Shown here in pieces: positions 23,750 to 35,000 of a stretch of DNA of 64,000 bases. The translations under genes and the position numbers were made by a program. Each line of letters opens with the position of its first letter. The first letter of the stretch is position 1. Source of the DNA: an uncultured Actinomycetota bacterium (lineage in GTDB: Bacteria > Actinomycetota > Actinomycetes > Streptosporangiales > Streptosporangiaceae). The notes under the pieces are model-generated. The model saw nothing but the letters and a program-made list of their open reading frames with translations. It ran no database searches and had not been told where the DNA came from. The DNA is taken from NCBI GenBank assembly GCA_963714295.1, contig CAVQOE010000031.1:197251-261250 (forward strand). The letters run 5' to 3'.

Positions 23750-23927
23750 CCGCCCGGCCTCGTGAAAAACCGAAGGCCGCCCTGAAATTTGTGCATTTCA
23801 GCCGCAATTTGGGCGAATTGCTAATTTCTGCGGCAGGGCGATGACTCCGGCGGTAGCGTCATTGCCTTGGCAAGCGGGAGCTCCGGCCGTGCTTTCGACG
23901 CGATCCCATGCAAAGGCGGGTGGCCCT

Positions 23928-26200
23928 ATGCAGCTCAGACGGGAGGCGGCAGGAGCTCGAACAACGAAACGCTCCCAGCAGCCGGGGCAAGACCGTCCGC
24001 AGGCGCCGCAAATCTCAGTGGCGCTGTTTTGCCATCCAAGCGACGTTGAACGCGCTCGGCAGCTCTGGTCCCTGTTGCGCGGCTCCGGAGTTTCCGTGGT
24101 GCCGACTGCGGCGGCGGCGGACGCCCTCGTCGTGTTCCTGTCCGCGGCCGGCCTGGCGGACGCCGGCCGGCGTGACCGGTTGGCCGGCGCGGCGGCAGTT
24201 GCCGCCCGGCTCATCCCCGTGAAGGTCGGGACGGTGGACGACACTCTGGTCCCGCCACGGCTGCGCGAGCCGAACTGGATCATCTGGGACCCGGGCAACG
24301 TGAGCGTGGCGTTCGGCTCTGTGCTGGCGGGCCTGCTGTCCGATCCCGACCGCCGCGCCCTGTCGCGGCGGCTGTCGCATGAGGCCGACGCCTGGGTGCG
24401 GGCCGCGCATCGACGCGTTCCTGATCACCGACTACCCGCGGGCTCGGCAGATGGCCCAGGTGCTGGCCGACCTCAGCGCCGACAAGCTGGCTGCCCCCAC
24501 GCCCGCGATGCGGCAGTTCGTCGCGCGGTCGGTCAAGGTGTCACGGCCCAGGCATCGGCGCCGCCGGAGCCGCGCGTTCTACGGGGCGGTGGGTGCCGCG
24601 ATCGCGATCGTCACCGTGGCGGTGGCGGTTCCCGCCATCGCCAACGGCAACTATGACGACAAGGAATCCATCGTCACCACCGGCAACTCCTACCTCCTGC
24701 AGGATCTGCCCCAGTGGTCGGCCGCGAACTCCGCCGCGCTGCTGCTCAACGGCACGCCGACCGAGCGCGCCCTGGCCCAGGTGACCCTGGTGGCGGCGCT
24801 GAACATTCCCTGGGAGCTCGACGCCCTCCAATGGCAGGCGGCGGTCACCTCGGCGGTTCCCTTCGATGGCGGAAGGCAGGCGATTGTCTCCGTCGGCGCC
24901 GGCCTGATTGTGCTCGACGTGCGCACGCAGCAGGCGCTGTGGACCGCCCCCGCGCCCGCCGGGCCCTATTACCTCTCGGTCGACCCCCAGGGCCAGACCG
25001 CCGTGGGACTCGGCCCGGCTGGGGCGATCGTGGTCAACCTGGCCACCCACGCCGTCCGGCGGGTCGCGGCAGGCACCGATTTCGCCGACGGGCAGCTCGG
25101 CCGCGACGGCGTCGCCGTCGTGCGGATGCCAGGGCGGATGCCGGGCCCCCGCCTGGCCGAGCTCAACACCGCCACCGGCACGGTCAGCTATTTCGGCGCC
25201 TACCCCGGCCTGATCAGCGTCTCGGCGGGCACCTCCCGCGGCCCGGCGACGGCACTCGTCTTCGGCCAGGCAGGGAACATCGATCTGATCCGGCTGCCCG
25301 ACAAGACGGTGCTCGCCTCCGTTCCGGGCAGCGCCGTCGATCAGACCGCGCCCCGTTCGGCGCCATCGCGCCCAACGGGAGGCAGGCCGTGATTTCTGGC
25401 GGTGACGGGCAGTTCTGGACGTTCGGGGTCGGCCAGCCCGCCACCGCGACCGGCATCCCGGTGCCGGCCATCCTCAGCGGCGTCGTCTGGGGCGTCGGCG
25501 ACCGGCTCCTCGTCTACAGCCAGGACCAGCGCGGCCAGGTGTACTACCTGCCGCGGGCCGAGCTCATCGGCACCGTGTGCACCGACCTCACCCGGCTGTT
25601 CGACGTCACCCTCGACTACTCGTCGGACGTGATCGGCTGCGAAGGACAGGGCGGCACCACCTTCTGGCAGCTGCCGTCCGTACCGCTCGCCAGCCGTCCG
25701 CCCGGTGAGTCGTCCGCCACCACCCGCAGCGCCAGGCGGGGTGACGGTGACCGCGTCCGGAGCGCAGCTCGAGATCCGCGGCCGCGGTCTGAATATCAGC
25801 TACCAGCCGCTTAACGCCAATATCGCGGCGGTCGCCATCGCCCCCGGCGGCGGCAGCGTCCTCGTCGGCGACACGCTCGGCGAAGCCGCCGTCATCGACC
25901 TTGAGGCCGGCGATGCGCAGGCAGTGGTGGACTGGACCGCCCCGGACAGTTCACCGGTCACCGCTGTCGGCTGGGACGACGGGTCGGTGGTGACCACGAG
26001 GTCGGGGCAGAGCTGGCGGCTGCAGGACTGCCAGGACTGCGCCACCAACGCCTGGCCTGATGGCGGCCTTCCGGGCCAGGTTCACCGGCTGCATGAGCGC
26101 CAGGCAACTGGCCTTCATCGGCGACGGCACCTGGTCGCGGCTCGGGCTGCGCGAGTGCGCAGACTCCACCGGCGAGCCCGCTCAGCTGGGAGGAAGCTGA
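23928..26200 (+). CDS. Degenerate TIR - TM - beta-propeller protein (about 4 frameshifts, near 24405, 25350, 25735, 26052)
   Basis: TIR-like remnants (ADALVVFLS, RLIPVKV, VPPRLREPNWI), A..W linker, RRRR plus TM, propeller-like blades (AIAPNG, AVAIAPGG), CQDC near the end; stop TGA 26198-26200. Confidence 0.7.
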
Positions 26201-26202
26201 CC

Positions 26203-28848
26203 GTGCAGCACATCTTCGTCTCCTATAACCGCGCGGACCGCGAGTGGGTCAGGAAGCTAGTCGCGCGCCTCGAGCGGCTGCGCCTGCCCGTGTGGATCGA
26301 CCAAACTGACATCCCGGTGACGGTGCCGTGGATGACCGAGGTGCAGGACGCGATAGACGAGGCAGCGCTCTTCCTGCGCTGCGACTCGCCCGCATTCCGG
26401 CGTTCTGACCACTGCAACGCCGAGGTCGGCCTGGCCACGCAGGCGGCGAAACCGCAGTTCGTCGTCACGGTCGGCGATGATCCCGGCGAGTGCGCGAACC
26501 GGATCGCGCAGACGTTCGGGGAAATTCCGCTCGCCCGGGGTCGGCGCACCGAGCTGCGGGTGCTCGCCCGGGACTGGGACCGGGCCGGGCGGCCGCGTGG
26601 CCAGCTGGTCGGCCGGACGCAGCGGCGGCGGCTAGTGACCGGGCTTGCGCTGCCGCCCGCCGCGACCGAGACCGAGCAGAGTTTCCTGCGCGCGAGCCGG
26701 TCCCGATCGAGGCAGCTGCTTCTGCTGTCGGCCGCGGTGCTGCTGGTGATCGCCGCATCGGGCATCACCACGGTGGTGTTCCAGTCGGGGAAGACCGCCG
26801 TGGCCGACGCGAACAGCTTGATCGCGTCCTCCTTCCAGCAAGAGCAGGACAGTCTGCAGCAGATCGACCGGGACCCGTACCGGGGTCTGCAACTTGCGGC
26901 GGCCGACGACAGCGGGTCCAACCCTGACGACGAGGTCATCACGGCGGCGCTGGCCGACCCGGTGCCCGATGACTCCTTCCCGGTCCCCGCGGCCAGCCGG
27001 TTCGCCAGCAAGCCGGTCGGTGCGCAGGTCACGGTGGTCGGCGCGGCCGGGCAGGAATGGCGGCACGCCGCTGCCGCGCCAGCTGCCACTCAGCCCGCGA
27101 CGCGGCTGAGCGGGCCGTGGGCGGCCACCGTCACCGCGCGCGCCGACCCGAGCGCCGCCGGTCCCGGCGGTCTCACCGCCCGCGGCGACCCCGCCTCAGG
27201 CCTGGTCCGGTTGTTCAAGAACGGCCAGCTATGGCGCACTATCCATTTCAGCGCCGTCACGGGCTCGCTCGCCTTCTCTCCGGACGGCCGTTTCCTCGCC
27301 GCCACCGTGGGCGAGCAGGTGCAGGTGGCTGACGTGGCGAGCGCCCAGATCAGGATCGCGCTGCGCGGTGCCACTGGCGCCCTGCTCGACGTCACCTGGA
27401 GCGCCGACGGCAGCCACGTCTGGGCGCTTGACGATGGTCGGGTCTTCTGCTGGCCGATGGGCGACGCGGTCACCCTGCTTGACGTGACCAGTGCGGACTA
27501 CAACTCCGCGCTGCCCGCCGCGAGCCCCGGCCTGGTGTGGATTGTCGGCGCGCACGCGCTAACCGAGATCTCGGTGTCCACCGGGCGGGTGCTCGCCAGC
27601 AAGCCGGTCGACGACACCCTGACCAGCGCCGGTGCCGCGCCAGACGACTCGGTCGCGCTGGTCAGCGGCGATAAGTACCTCTGGGTGATCCCGCTCTCCG
27701 GCGGCGCCCCGTCGCGTCCCGTGCGCATGCCGTCAGGCTGCGTTATGGGACGGCCGACATTCGGCAGCGATACCACCGCCTACCTGCCCTGCATCGGCGG
27801 TGCGCTGCTGGTGCTGTCGCTGCCCGCTGCCACCGTGACCGCGACGATCCAGGTGTCGCAAGCGGGCGTGTACGGCGCGACGGCGGTCCCCGGGCAGGGG
27901 CTGGTCTATGTTGGTGATCAGACGGGGTTCCTCTACCTGGTCAGCGGTACGCAGGTGACGAAACTGCAGGCGAACAGCTGTGACATGGACATGGCCCGGA
28001 TCGGCGTCGCCCCCGGCGGTGAGGCGGTCCTGCCGGTAGGCTCGGGCTCGGGGGAGGGAACCTGCACCAGCATCGGGCTGCTGACCCCGCGAGCCGATCC
28101 GGCGAGCCCGGAAAGCTGGACCTGGAACGAGCTTCTCGAGCCGCAGGAGCTGTCCATCTACGGCTCGGCGGTCGCCTTCAGCCCGCACGGCGGCAGCTTC
28201 GCCATCGGTTACAGCAACGGCACCATCACCATGCACCCGACCGGAAACCTCACTCCCATCCTCGTGGACAACAGCGCCGACGGCATGATCCGGGACCTGC
28301 TCACGCTGCCCAACGGCGACCTGATCGCCGTCACCGACACCGGCATGGTCCAACGCCTGCAGCTGTGCGATTCATGCGTGTCCAACACGACCCTGTCGAA
28401 GATCGCCGGCGCCAGGCTCCAGCTCGCTGTCCGCCTGGGCCTCGCCCACCTGGTCCCGGCCGCCAGTCCAAATCCCAAGCGCAGGTTAGCTCTGGACAAC
28501 GGCAGCGGATTAGCCGACGATCGGGCGGGAAGACCTAGCACTCTGACGGGAAGATACAGCACACTGTGGTCACCGAGGAGGCTAGCGTGCCACCGACTGA
28601 TACCGGCGACTTCGCCGAGCAACTCGCCCGCGCGATCCACCGCGGCTATGTGGCCAACGCCAGGGGCCGGGGCGAGACCGAGACGGCCAACCCGTCCACG
28701 GTTCCCTGGGATCGGCTACCCGAAGACCTCCGCCGGGCTAACATCGCCCAGGCGGCGGCCATCGGCGGCAAACTGCGGACTATCGATGCCGCCGTGGTCC
28801 CCGACGGCGCGGGCAGCACGGGCTTCGCCTTTACCGACCAGGAGATAG
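26203..28848 (+). CDS. TIR - TM - beta-propeller protein (true end probably ~28490; run-on overlaps next gene)
   Basis: GTG after GGAGG; HIFVSYNRAD, VWID, SDHCNAEV with catalytic Glu; ARDWD and FLRASR linker; TM LLLLSAAVLLVIAA; AFSPDG and WSADG blades; CDSC tail. Confidence 0.85.
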   Translation: MQHIFVSYNRADREWVRKLVARLERLRLPVWIDQTDIPVTVPWMTEVQDAIDEAALFLRCDSPAFRRSDHCNAEVGLATQAAKPQFVVTVGDDPGECANRIAQTFGEIPLARGRRTELRVLARDWDRAGRPRGQLVGRTQRRRLVTGLALPPAATETEQSFLRASRSRSRQLLLLSAAVLLVIAASGITTVVFQSGKTAVADANSLIASSFQQEQDSLQQIDRDPYRGLQLAAADDSGSNPDDEVITAALADPVPDDSFPVPAASRFASKPVGAQVTVVGAAGQEWRHAAAAPAATQPATRLSGPWAATVTARADPSAAGPGGLTARGDPASGLVRLFKNGQLWRTIHFSAVTGSLAFSPDGRFLAATVGEQVQVADVASAQIRIALRGATGALLDVTWSADGSHVWALDDGRVFCWPMGDAVTLLDVTSADYNSALPAASPGLVWIVGAHALTEISVSTGRVLASKPVDDTLTSAGAAPDDSVALVSGDKYLWVIPLSGGAPSRPVRMPSGCVMGRPTFGSDTTAYLPCIGGALLVLSLPAATVTATIQVSQAGVYGATAVPGQGLVYVGDQTGFLYLVSGTQVTKLQANSCDMDMARIGVAPGGEAVLPVGSGSGEGTCTSIGLLTPRADPASPESWTWNELLEPQELSIYGSAVAFSPHGGSFAIGYSNGTITMHPTGNLTPILVDNSADGMIRDLLTLPNGDLIAVTDTGMVQRLQLCDSCVSNTTLSKIAGARLQLAVRLGLAHLVPAASPNPKRRLALDNGSGLADDRAGRPSTLTGRYSTLWSPRRLACHRLIPATSPSNSPARSTAAMWPTPGAGARPRRPTRPRFPGIGYPKTSAGLTSPRRRPSAANCGLSMPPWSPTARAARASPLPTRR

Positions 28849-29096
28849 AACTCCTGGCCCGCCAGGAACACGACCGCTGGATGCGCGATCGTCTAGCGGC
28901 GGGCTGGACCTATGGTGTCCCGCGCGACGACACCCGCAAACAGCACCCCGACCTCAAGGACTGGCGCCTGCTGGGCCCCGAAGACAAGGACAAGGACCGC
29001 GAAGCGATCCGCGCCCTCCCCGAAGTCCTGCACGACGCGGGCTACAGCATCACCCGCCTGCACCGCGCGGCCTCCTCAAAGCACGCGGCCTCCTGA
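28587..29096 (+). CDS. Stand-alone RyR-repeat protein
   Basis: GAGGAGG RBS then GTG; LARAIHRGY, PWDRLPEDLRRAN, EHDRWMRDR..GWTYG..RDD..KQHPDL..W..L...DKDKDR. Confidence 0.88.
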   Translation: MPPTDTGDFAEQLARAIHRGYVANARGRGETETANPSTVPWDRLPEDLRRANIAQAAAIGGKLRTIDAAVVPDGAGSTGFAFTDQEIELLARQEHDRWMRDRLAAGWTYGVPRDDTRKQHPDLKDWRLLGPEDKDKDREAIRALPEVLHDAGYSITRLHRAASSKHAAS

Positions 29097-29162
29097 AGCC
29101 CGGAACGCGGTTTCCCCGAGAGCCGCGTAAACAGGCATCCAGAATCTGCAGTCCCGTCCCTC

Positions 29163-32036
29163 TCACGGATAGGCCGGGCAGGCCTTCTCGTAGGAGATGC
29201 CTGGAGCATCATCAGCCCATTGAGTGGGCGTAACGTTTCCTTGCACTTCGTTGCAGATGAGTTGTGTGAGGCTCCCTTGAGTAAAGTTCAAGGTTCGCTG
29301 CGTCAGCAGGGTTACCGTGCCGTTGTAGCCGCCAGCGGCAACCTCTTGGCCGCCCCGACTGTACGCGAGGCTGGTGACCTTCGTTCCGGTGTCCGCGAGG
29401 GTGGCGAGCCGTTGGTAGCTGTCGAGATCCCATGTGTCGACGTCCCCGAGCGCGTCGCCGCTCGCGAGCGTCTGCCCATCCGGGTTGAATGAGACTGCCT
29501 CGACGGCGCTTCCGTCGGGCAGAGCGGCGGTTCGCTGGTGGCTGCTGACCTGCCAGAGGCTGATGTGACCGCCCTGATCGCCCGCGGCGAGGATCTGTCC
29601 GTCCCGGCTGAAGGCGACGCTGTTTACCGTGCTGCCCTCGTTCAGGGTCGCGATACGGTTGTGACTGGTCGCCGACCACAAGGTGATGTGCCCGCTAGTG
29701 TCGCCGGCCGCGAGGATCTTACCGTCGGGGCTGAAGGCGACGCTGTTGACAGTGCTTCCCTCGTTCATGGCGGCGAGGCGGTGGTGGCTGGCAACATCCC
29801 ACAAGCCGACACCGCCGTGGTAGTCGCCGACCGCGAGGACCGTTCCGTCCGGGTTAAATGCGACGCTGTCAGAGCCGTCGCCGCCCTCGACGAGTGTGGG
29901 CGGCCCTGACGATTCCAGGGCTGGATGCTGCCGGACGGCGACATTCCAGAGATCGACGCCCAATAGGTACCCGACGGCGAGGGTGCTGCCACTAGGGCTG
30001 AACGCGATGCCGTATGTCTCCATGACCTCGCTCAGGCCGGCGAGCTGACGGCGGCTCGACGTGTTCCACAGCTCTACGCGGCCCGCTAGGTCCCCGGCGG
30101 CAAGAGTCTTCCCGTCCGGACCGAAAGCGACATTCGTGACCGGGCTGCCGTCTCCGGCGCTGAAGGTGCTGGCATCGCTGCCCCCGGTGGTGTTCCACAG
30201 GCCAACGTGCCCACTGGTGTCGGCGGCGGCGAGGGTATTCCCGTCGGGGCTGTACACGACGGTCGTAACCGGCGAGCCTTCCCCGAAGGTGGACGTCTGC
30301 GTGCGGCTATTGACGTTCCACAGGCCGATGGTGCCGTCGGCGGTTCCGGCGGCGAGAGTAGTCCCGTCGGGACTGTAGGCGATGCTCTCGACGGGGCCGT
30401 CCTCGGCCAGGCTGGCGGTTACGTCGTCGGCCGAGATGCTCCACAGACGGACGAGGTCGCTGTCGCCCGCCACCGCTACGGTGTTGCCGTCAGCGCTGAA
30501 CGCCAGGCTGGTGACTCCGTCGGCCCCGCCCTCCGGTATCAGGGTTTCGGATCGACTGCCGGTCGCGGTGTCCCACAGTTGAACACCGCCACCCAAGTTG
30601 GCGACGGCCAGGGTCTGTCCGTCCGGGCTGAACGCGATGCTGCTAACGCTCTGGCCGCGCTGGTAGCCCTCGGTGAGGGTCGCCTGCTGCCCGGTAGCCA
30701 GGTCAGACAGGTCAACGGTCCCGCCGGAGAAGCCAACGGCGAAGTACCCGTCGTTGGCGCTGAACGCGATGCACTGGATCGAGTTACCGGTATATCTGCT
30801 GGAGGATTGGGCCTTGCCCGTCTGCATATCCCACAAGCCGTAGTACCCGGCGCTGTTGCCCGCGACGAGATACTGCTCGTTCGAGCTGAAGGCGAGGGCG
30901 GTGATCTCGCTGTTCCCGATGGAAAAGCGAAGGCCGGCGCGGTGCCACGTCGCGGTGTCCCACACGGTGATGTGGCCATCCGCGTCGCCAGTGGCGAGCT
31001 CTTTCCCGTTTGCGGAGTAGGCGACAGCGGTCACCGCGCTGGTGCTGGCCGTTAGAAACAGGTCAAGAGGTTGCTTTCCTGCCTGGATCAGAGCGGTGCG
31101 CGCCGCCGTGGTAGGCGCGCGTTGGTACGCTGCCACGCTGAGCAGCATGGCAAGTGGCGCGTTCGTGACCGACGCGTTGGTAGCCACCGCCGCCAGCTGT
31201 TCGGACTGCGCGATGTGGGACTGGGTGACAGCGTTATCGCGCTGCACGACGGCGACGACCGACAGGGCAACAGCTACGGCAAGTGCGCACAGTGCCGTAG
31301 TGAGACCGGCGCGAAGCCGTCGGCTGGCGCCGCGTCGGCTGGCGGCGAGATAGGCGTAGTGCTGGCCGGTGGGCTGTTCCTCGTGCGACCCCTTTCCCTC
31401 GTACCAGGTTTCAGCCGCCTTGAGGTCGGCCCCGCGGAGCAGGAAGCTGCGATTCCTGCCGCTGGTCTCCCACTCTCGCGCCCGAGCGGCCAGACGGGTG
31501 CTGTCGTCGCGCCACTCCAGGTCCGCCCCGAGCGCCTCTATGACCCGATCGACTTGGACGGCACGGTCAGCCGCGGGCTGGAAGTCGATCCAGTTCGGTG
31601 CGGTCAGGGAGGCGGGAAGGCTCTCGGGCGGAACCTGGCTGAGAACGACCGGGATGATTCGTTTATGGTTGGCGACAGCAGCCGACAGTTCGGCCATACA
31701 TTCAGCCGAGGTGGCGGAGTTGGGGGTGATCACGAATATGAAGGCATTGGCCAGCTCAATACCCCGTGATATCCTGGCCCGCCAGTCTGCGGCGGGCTCT
31801 ATGTTGGAACGATCCACCCAGATGTGCTTGCCCCGATTCGCCAGCTCGCGGCTGAGCCAGTCAACGAACTCTCTATCCGGCGGTCTCCTCGCATACGAGA
31901 TAAAGCCATCAAGCCTTTCTCCCGCGACGGGAAGATCATCAGCCGCGACGACCGTACTATCACCGTAGTCCTCAAGCTCTGCGGCTACCCTTCGAGTTCT
32001 GTCCCGCCCCTCGGCCGTTTCTCCGCTGTCGACCAT
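29163..32036 (-). CDS. TIR - TM - WD40 repeat protein (intact, ~957 aa)
   Basis: AGGAGG RBS; FISYARR, IWVD, SAECMAEL, IIPVVL; AREWE..GRN.SFLLRG.DL..AE.W linker; TM; many AFSPDG..LA.GD..G.V.LW repeats; C-terminal LIC...TPTQW...Y..AC tail. Confidence 0.93.
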   Translation of the reverse strand: MVDSGETAEGRDRTRRVAAELEDYGDSTVVAADDLPVAGERLDGFISYARRPPDREFVDWLSRELANRGKHIWVDRSNIEPAADWRARISRGIELANAFIFVITPNSATSAECMAELSAAVANHKRIIPVVLSQVPPESLPASLTAPNWIDFQPAADRAVQVDRVIEALGADLEWRDDSTRLAARAREWETSGRNRSFLLRGADLKAAETWYEGKGSHEEQPTGQHYAYLAASRRGASRRLRAGLTTALCALAVAVALSVVAVVQRDNAVTQSHIAQSEQLAAVATNASVTNAPLAMLLSVAAYQRAPTTAARTALIQAGKQPLDLFLTASTSAVTAVAYSANGKELATGDADGHITVWDTATWHRAGLRFSIGNSEITALAFSSNEQYLVAGNSAGYYGLWDMQTGKAQSSSRYTGNSIQCIAFSANDGYFAVGFSGGTVDLSDLATGQQATLTEGYQRGQSVSSIAFSPDGQTLAVANLGGGVQLWDTATGSRSETLIPEGGADGVTSLAFSADGNTVAVAGDSDLVRLWSISADDVTASLAEDGPVESIAYSPDGTTLAAGTADGTIGLWNVNSRTQTSTFGEGSPVTTVVYSPDGNTLAAADTSGHVGLWNTTGGSDASTFSAGDGSPVTNVAFGPDGKTLAAGDLAGRVELWNTSSRRQLAGLSEVMETYGIAFSPSGSTLAVGYLLGVDLWNVAVRQHPALESSGPPTLVEGGDGSDSVAFNPDGTVLAVGDYHGGVGLWDVASHHRLAAMNEGSTVNSVAFSPDGKILAAGDTSGHITLWSATSHNRIATLNEGSTVNSVAFSRDGQILAAGDQGGHISLWQVSSHQRTAALPDGSAVEAVSFNPDGQTLASGDALGDVDTWDLDSYQRLATLADTGTKVTSLAYSRGGQEVAAGGYNGTVTLLTQRTLNFTQGSLTQLICNEVQGNVTPTQWADDAPGISYEKACPAYP

Positions 32037-32074
32037 TTGGACTACCTCCTGATTTTCCGGTGCGGGCGGGTTCG

Positions 32075-35000
32075 TTACGCATAGGGGCTGGTCGCCGGCG
32101 GATGGTCGGCGCCCACGGACAGGGTCCGGCCCACGCGATGCGGGACACCGCCGTGGCCTGTAGGCCGGGCATGGCCTGGCAGGCGTCACACCGGTAGACA
32201 CCGTTTCCCGCGAGGATCATCGTCCCGTCAGGCGACCACGGCTGGGCCGGAAACTCCGAGTACGCGGCGCTGCCTGAAGCCAGGAAGCCCGGCAGTCCGG
32301 TCATCGCCTGACCGTCGGAAACCTGGTACACCGTCAGGCTGCCGCCCGGCGGCGAGGGCGCCAGGCCGAGGGACCCCGCATAAAGGAAGGTGCCGTCCGG
32401 GCTCAGGCTGGCTCCAGGATTGATGGGCGCGCCGGGACTGAATGGCTCGTGGGACTGATAGCTGGCGATTACCTGGCCGGTTGTGAAGTTAAGCACCGCC
32501 CCGGCGGCCGGCGGGTTGAGTAGTGTCCGGCCTGCGGCAGGTCCACGGCGACCAGCGCCGACCCGTTTGGCGCCGGGCTGAGTTCGACAATCGGGTAGGT
32601 CGATACCCGCTGCACCGTGATCAGCTTGCCGGACGCGGTGTCCCAGAAGAAGACCGTACCGTCGGCGTTGCCGGACGGCGACCACACTGCCGTCGGCGCT
32701 GACCGCGACCCGCAGCGGGAACGGCGTGTAAATAGGACGACGAGTGGTTATCGACGGGACGGAACGTGCGGATCGCCTTGCCGGTCACCGCGTTCCACAC
32801 GCCCACGGTGCCGTCGGTGTCCGCCGCCGTAAGCACGCTGCCCGACGCGCTGACGGCCGCGTCGATCGGCGCGCTCGGCTGCTTGACCTCAAGCGGCGGG
32901 CGGCCCGCCAGCGGCTGCCACAGGTAGATCGCCTCGGTGGTCATGACCAGCAAGTCATCAGGCCGGGGACCGAACGCGAGGCCGGTCGGGCTGCCCGCTA
33001 CCGACAGGGAGGCGACCTGCTCCCCGCTGGAGTCCACCACCGCGACCGAGTGCGCGCGAGCATAAGCGACATATTTGCCATCCGGGCTCGCCGCCACCGC
33101 CAGGTCCTGTCAGGTCGTCGCCGAGGACGTGTTGGTCGTGGTGACCAAGATGGTTGTGCGAGCCGCGGTGGCGGCGGCACATGGCACGCGGGCGGCGACC
33201 TCGTAGCGATCGCTATACCCAGATCCTCGGCGGCCGAGCATGGCATGGCCACCGTCGTGATGCCGGGCAGCGGAATGCTTCGCGTAGCCGACCGGTCCGC
33301 GTGTCCCAGGAGAGCGCGGCGACCGAGGTAATCGCGGCGTTCGTTCCCGTCGACGTGTCCACGCCGATGCCGGAGACCTGGCTGGCCCGAGCTTGTGAAC
33401 CCGAGGGGGACCGCCGCGCCGTGCGCCGGTGGTTCAAGGTCGGTCACAGGTTTCCCGATCCCGGCGTCCCAGACCCGGACGAAGCCCTGGTCGTCCACGG
33501 TCAGCACCCGCCGATTGTCCGATGCGAACTGCACGCCGGTCAGCTCGGCACTGCCCGCCGCGCCCAGGGTGGTGACCAGCTTTGCGGTGGCCGCATTCCA
33601 GATCTGGGCCGTGCCATCCAGACTCGCCGTGGCGAGATACCGACCGTCGGGGCTGGAGGCGATCGACGTGATACTCGCGCTGTGCCCGGGGAGCGGCACG
33701 ACAGTGCCGCCCGCTAGCCGGAGGATAACGTTGCCCTGATCGTCCCCGGCCGCGACCCACGGATCGCTCGTGCTCGCGCTGCAAGTCACGGCACTGACCG
33801 GGCCAGCCGGGGTCGCCATGTCGGGCGCCGTCTCTTTGCCGGTTGTGGCGCTGTAGGTCTGCTCCGTGGAGTCCTCGGCGTAGTCCGGGGCGATGACCAC
33901 GGCCGAACCATCAGGCAACCAGCAAGACGGGCCGGAACTGGCGGTCGGGAAGGCAGCGTTACCTGGCGAGTGACGGCCAGTCCCCGGCCAGGAGCCGAAG
34001 TCGATGATCTGCCCGTCGGAGAGTAGCCCCGAACCGCCCGGGCTCGGGACGACGTAGGCCATGCTGTCGCCTCCGACGCTCGGCCGGAAGAGCGCCCTTG
34101 CCACACCCGAGGCGGGGTTAAAGATCACCACGTTGTTGAGCTGCCCGCCGAACACGTCGAGTTCCGCGCCGTGCGGGCCGGCCCAGGCGGCCAGCATCGC
34201 GTCCGCTGCCGGGGCCGGTATTTAGTACTCCAGAGTTAAACTCAGCCTTGATGGCTCGCTAAGGCCGGTTGTCGGTACGGCCGTCGCGGCGCCGTTGGGG
34301 GAGACGTCCCAGACCGCGACCGTGCTTGCCAGCGTCACGGCGGCCAGCCGCGATCCGCTGGCGTCGTAGGTGAGCTGGATCACCGGCGAGTCACCGCCGG
34401 TGGGCAGCAGCTGCGTCACGCGCCCCGTCGACGGAGTTCCACAGCGCGACATCGCCGCCCTTCGCGGAAACCGCGATCTGCCCGAGGACGGGGTTCCACG
34501 CCGCCGCGGTATTGGCGCCGGTGCCCGACTGGATGGTCATCCGCAGGTGATCGTCGGCGATCGCGAGCCGCAGCGCGTCCTCGGTCTGGGTCGACGCGTT
34601 GGTCTTCGTGGCCTTGAGCGCCTCTGCCACGCTCGCCGCCGGGTCGCTGGTCAGCCCCGCGATGGCCTGCTCGGCTTGCGCCCGGCTGTTGGCCACCTGG
34701 GCCTGGTACCGCGCCTGGTTGCGCTGCAAGACCGCCACCACGGCAAGCGCGATCGCGACGGCGAGCCCGGCGCTGAGCGCGACCCGCCAGGTCCGCTGGG
34801 TCCGGCGATGCCCTCCTGCTGGCCACGATGTACGCCGTCTGCGTCCGCCGTCGGCGGCGTCTTCGGGTGGGCGCGGCGCGGGTCCAGCCACTGTTCGGCG
34901 GACCGCAGATCGCTGCCCCGCAGCAAGAAGCTCTTGTCGTGCCCGGCCCGGGTCCATTCGACGCTGCGGATGGTGTACCTGCTGTGCTCGTCGCGCCATT

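Noticed and set aside
25705-28848. Single 1047-aa propeller-TIR-propeller protein overlapping the RyR gene
   Set aside because: Its 5' part is the tail of the upstream gene in a shifted frame; the TIR has its own RBS and GTG at 26203, and the last ~120 aa look like off-frame run-on.
29400-31050. Regular ~126-bp repeats suggesting a CRISPR or DNA repeat array
   Set aside because: They are coding WD40 repeats; there is no identical repeat-spacer pattern and no cas genes.
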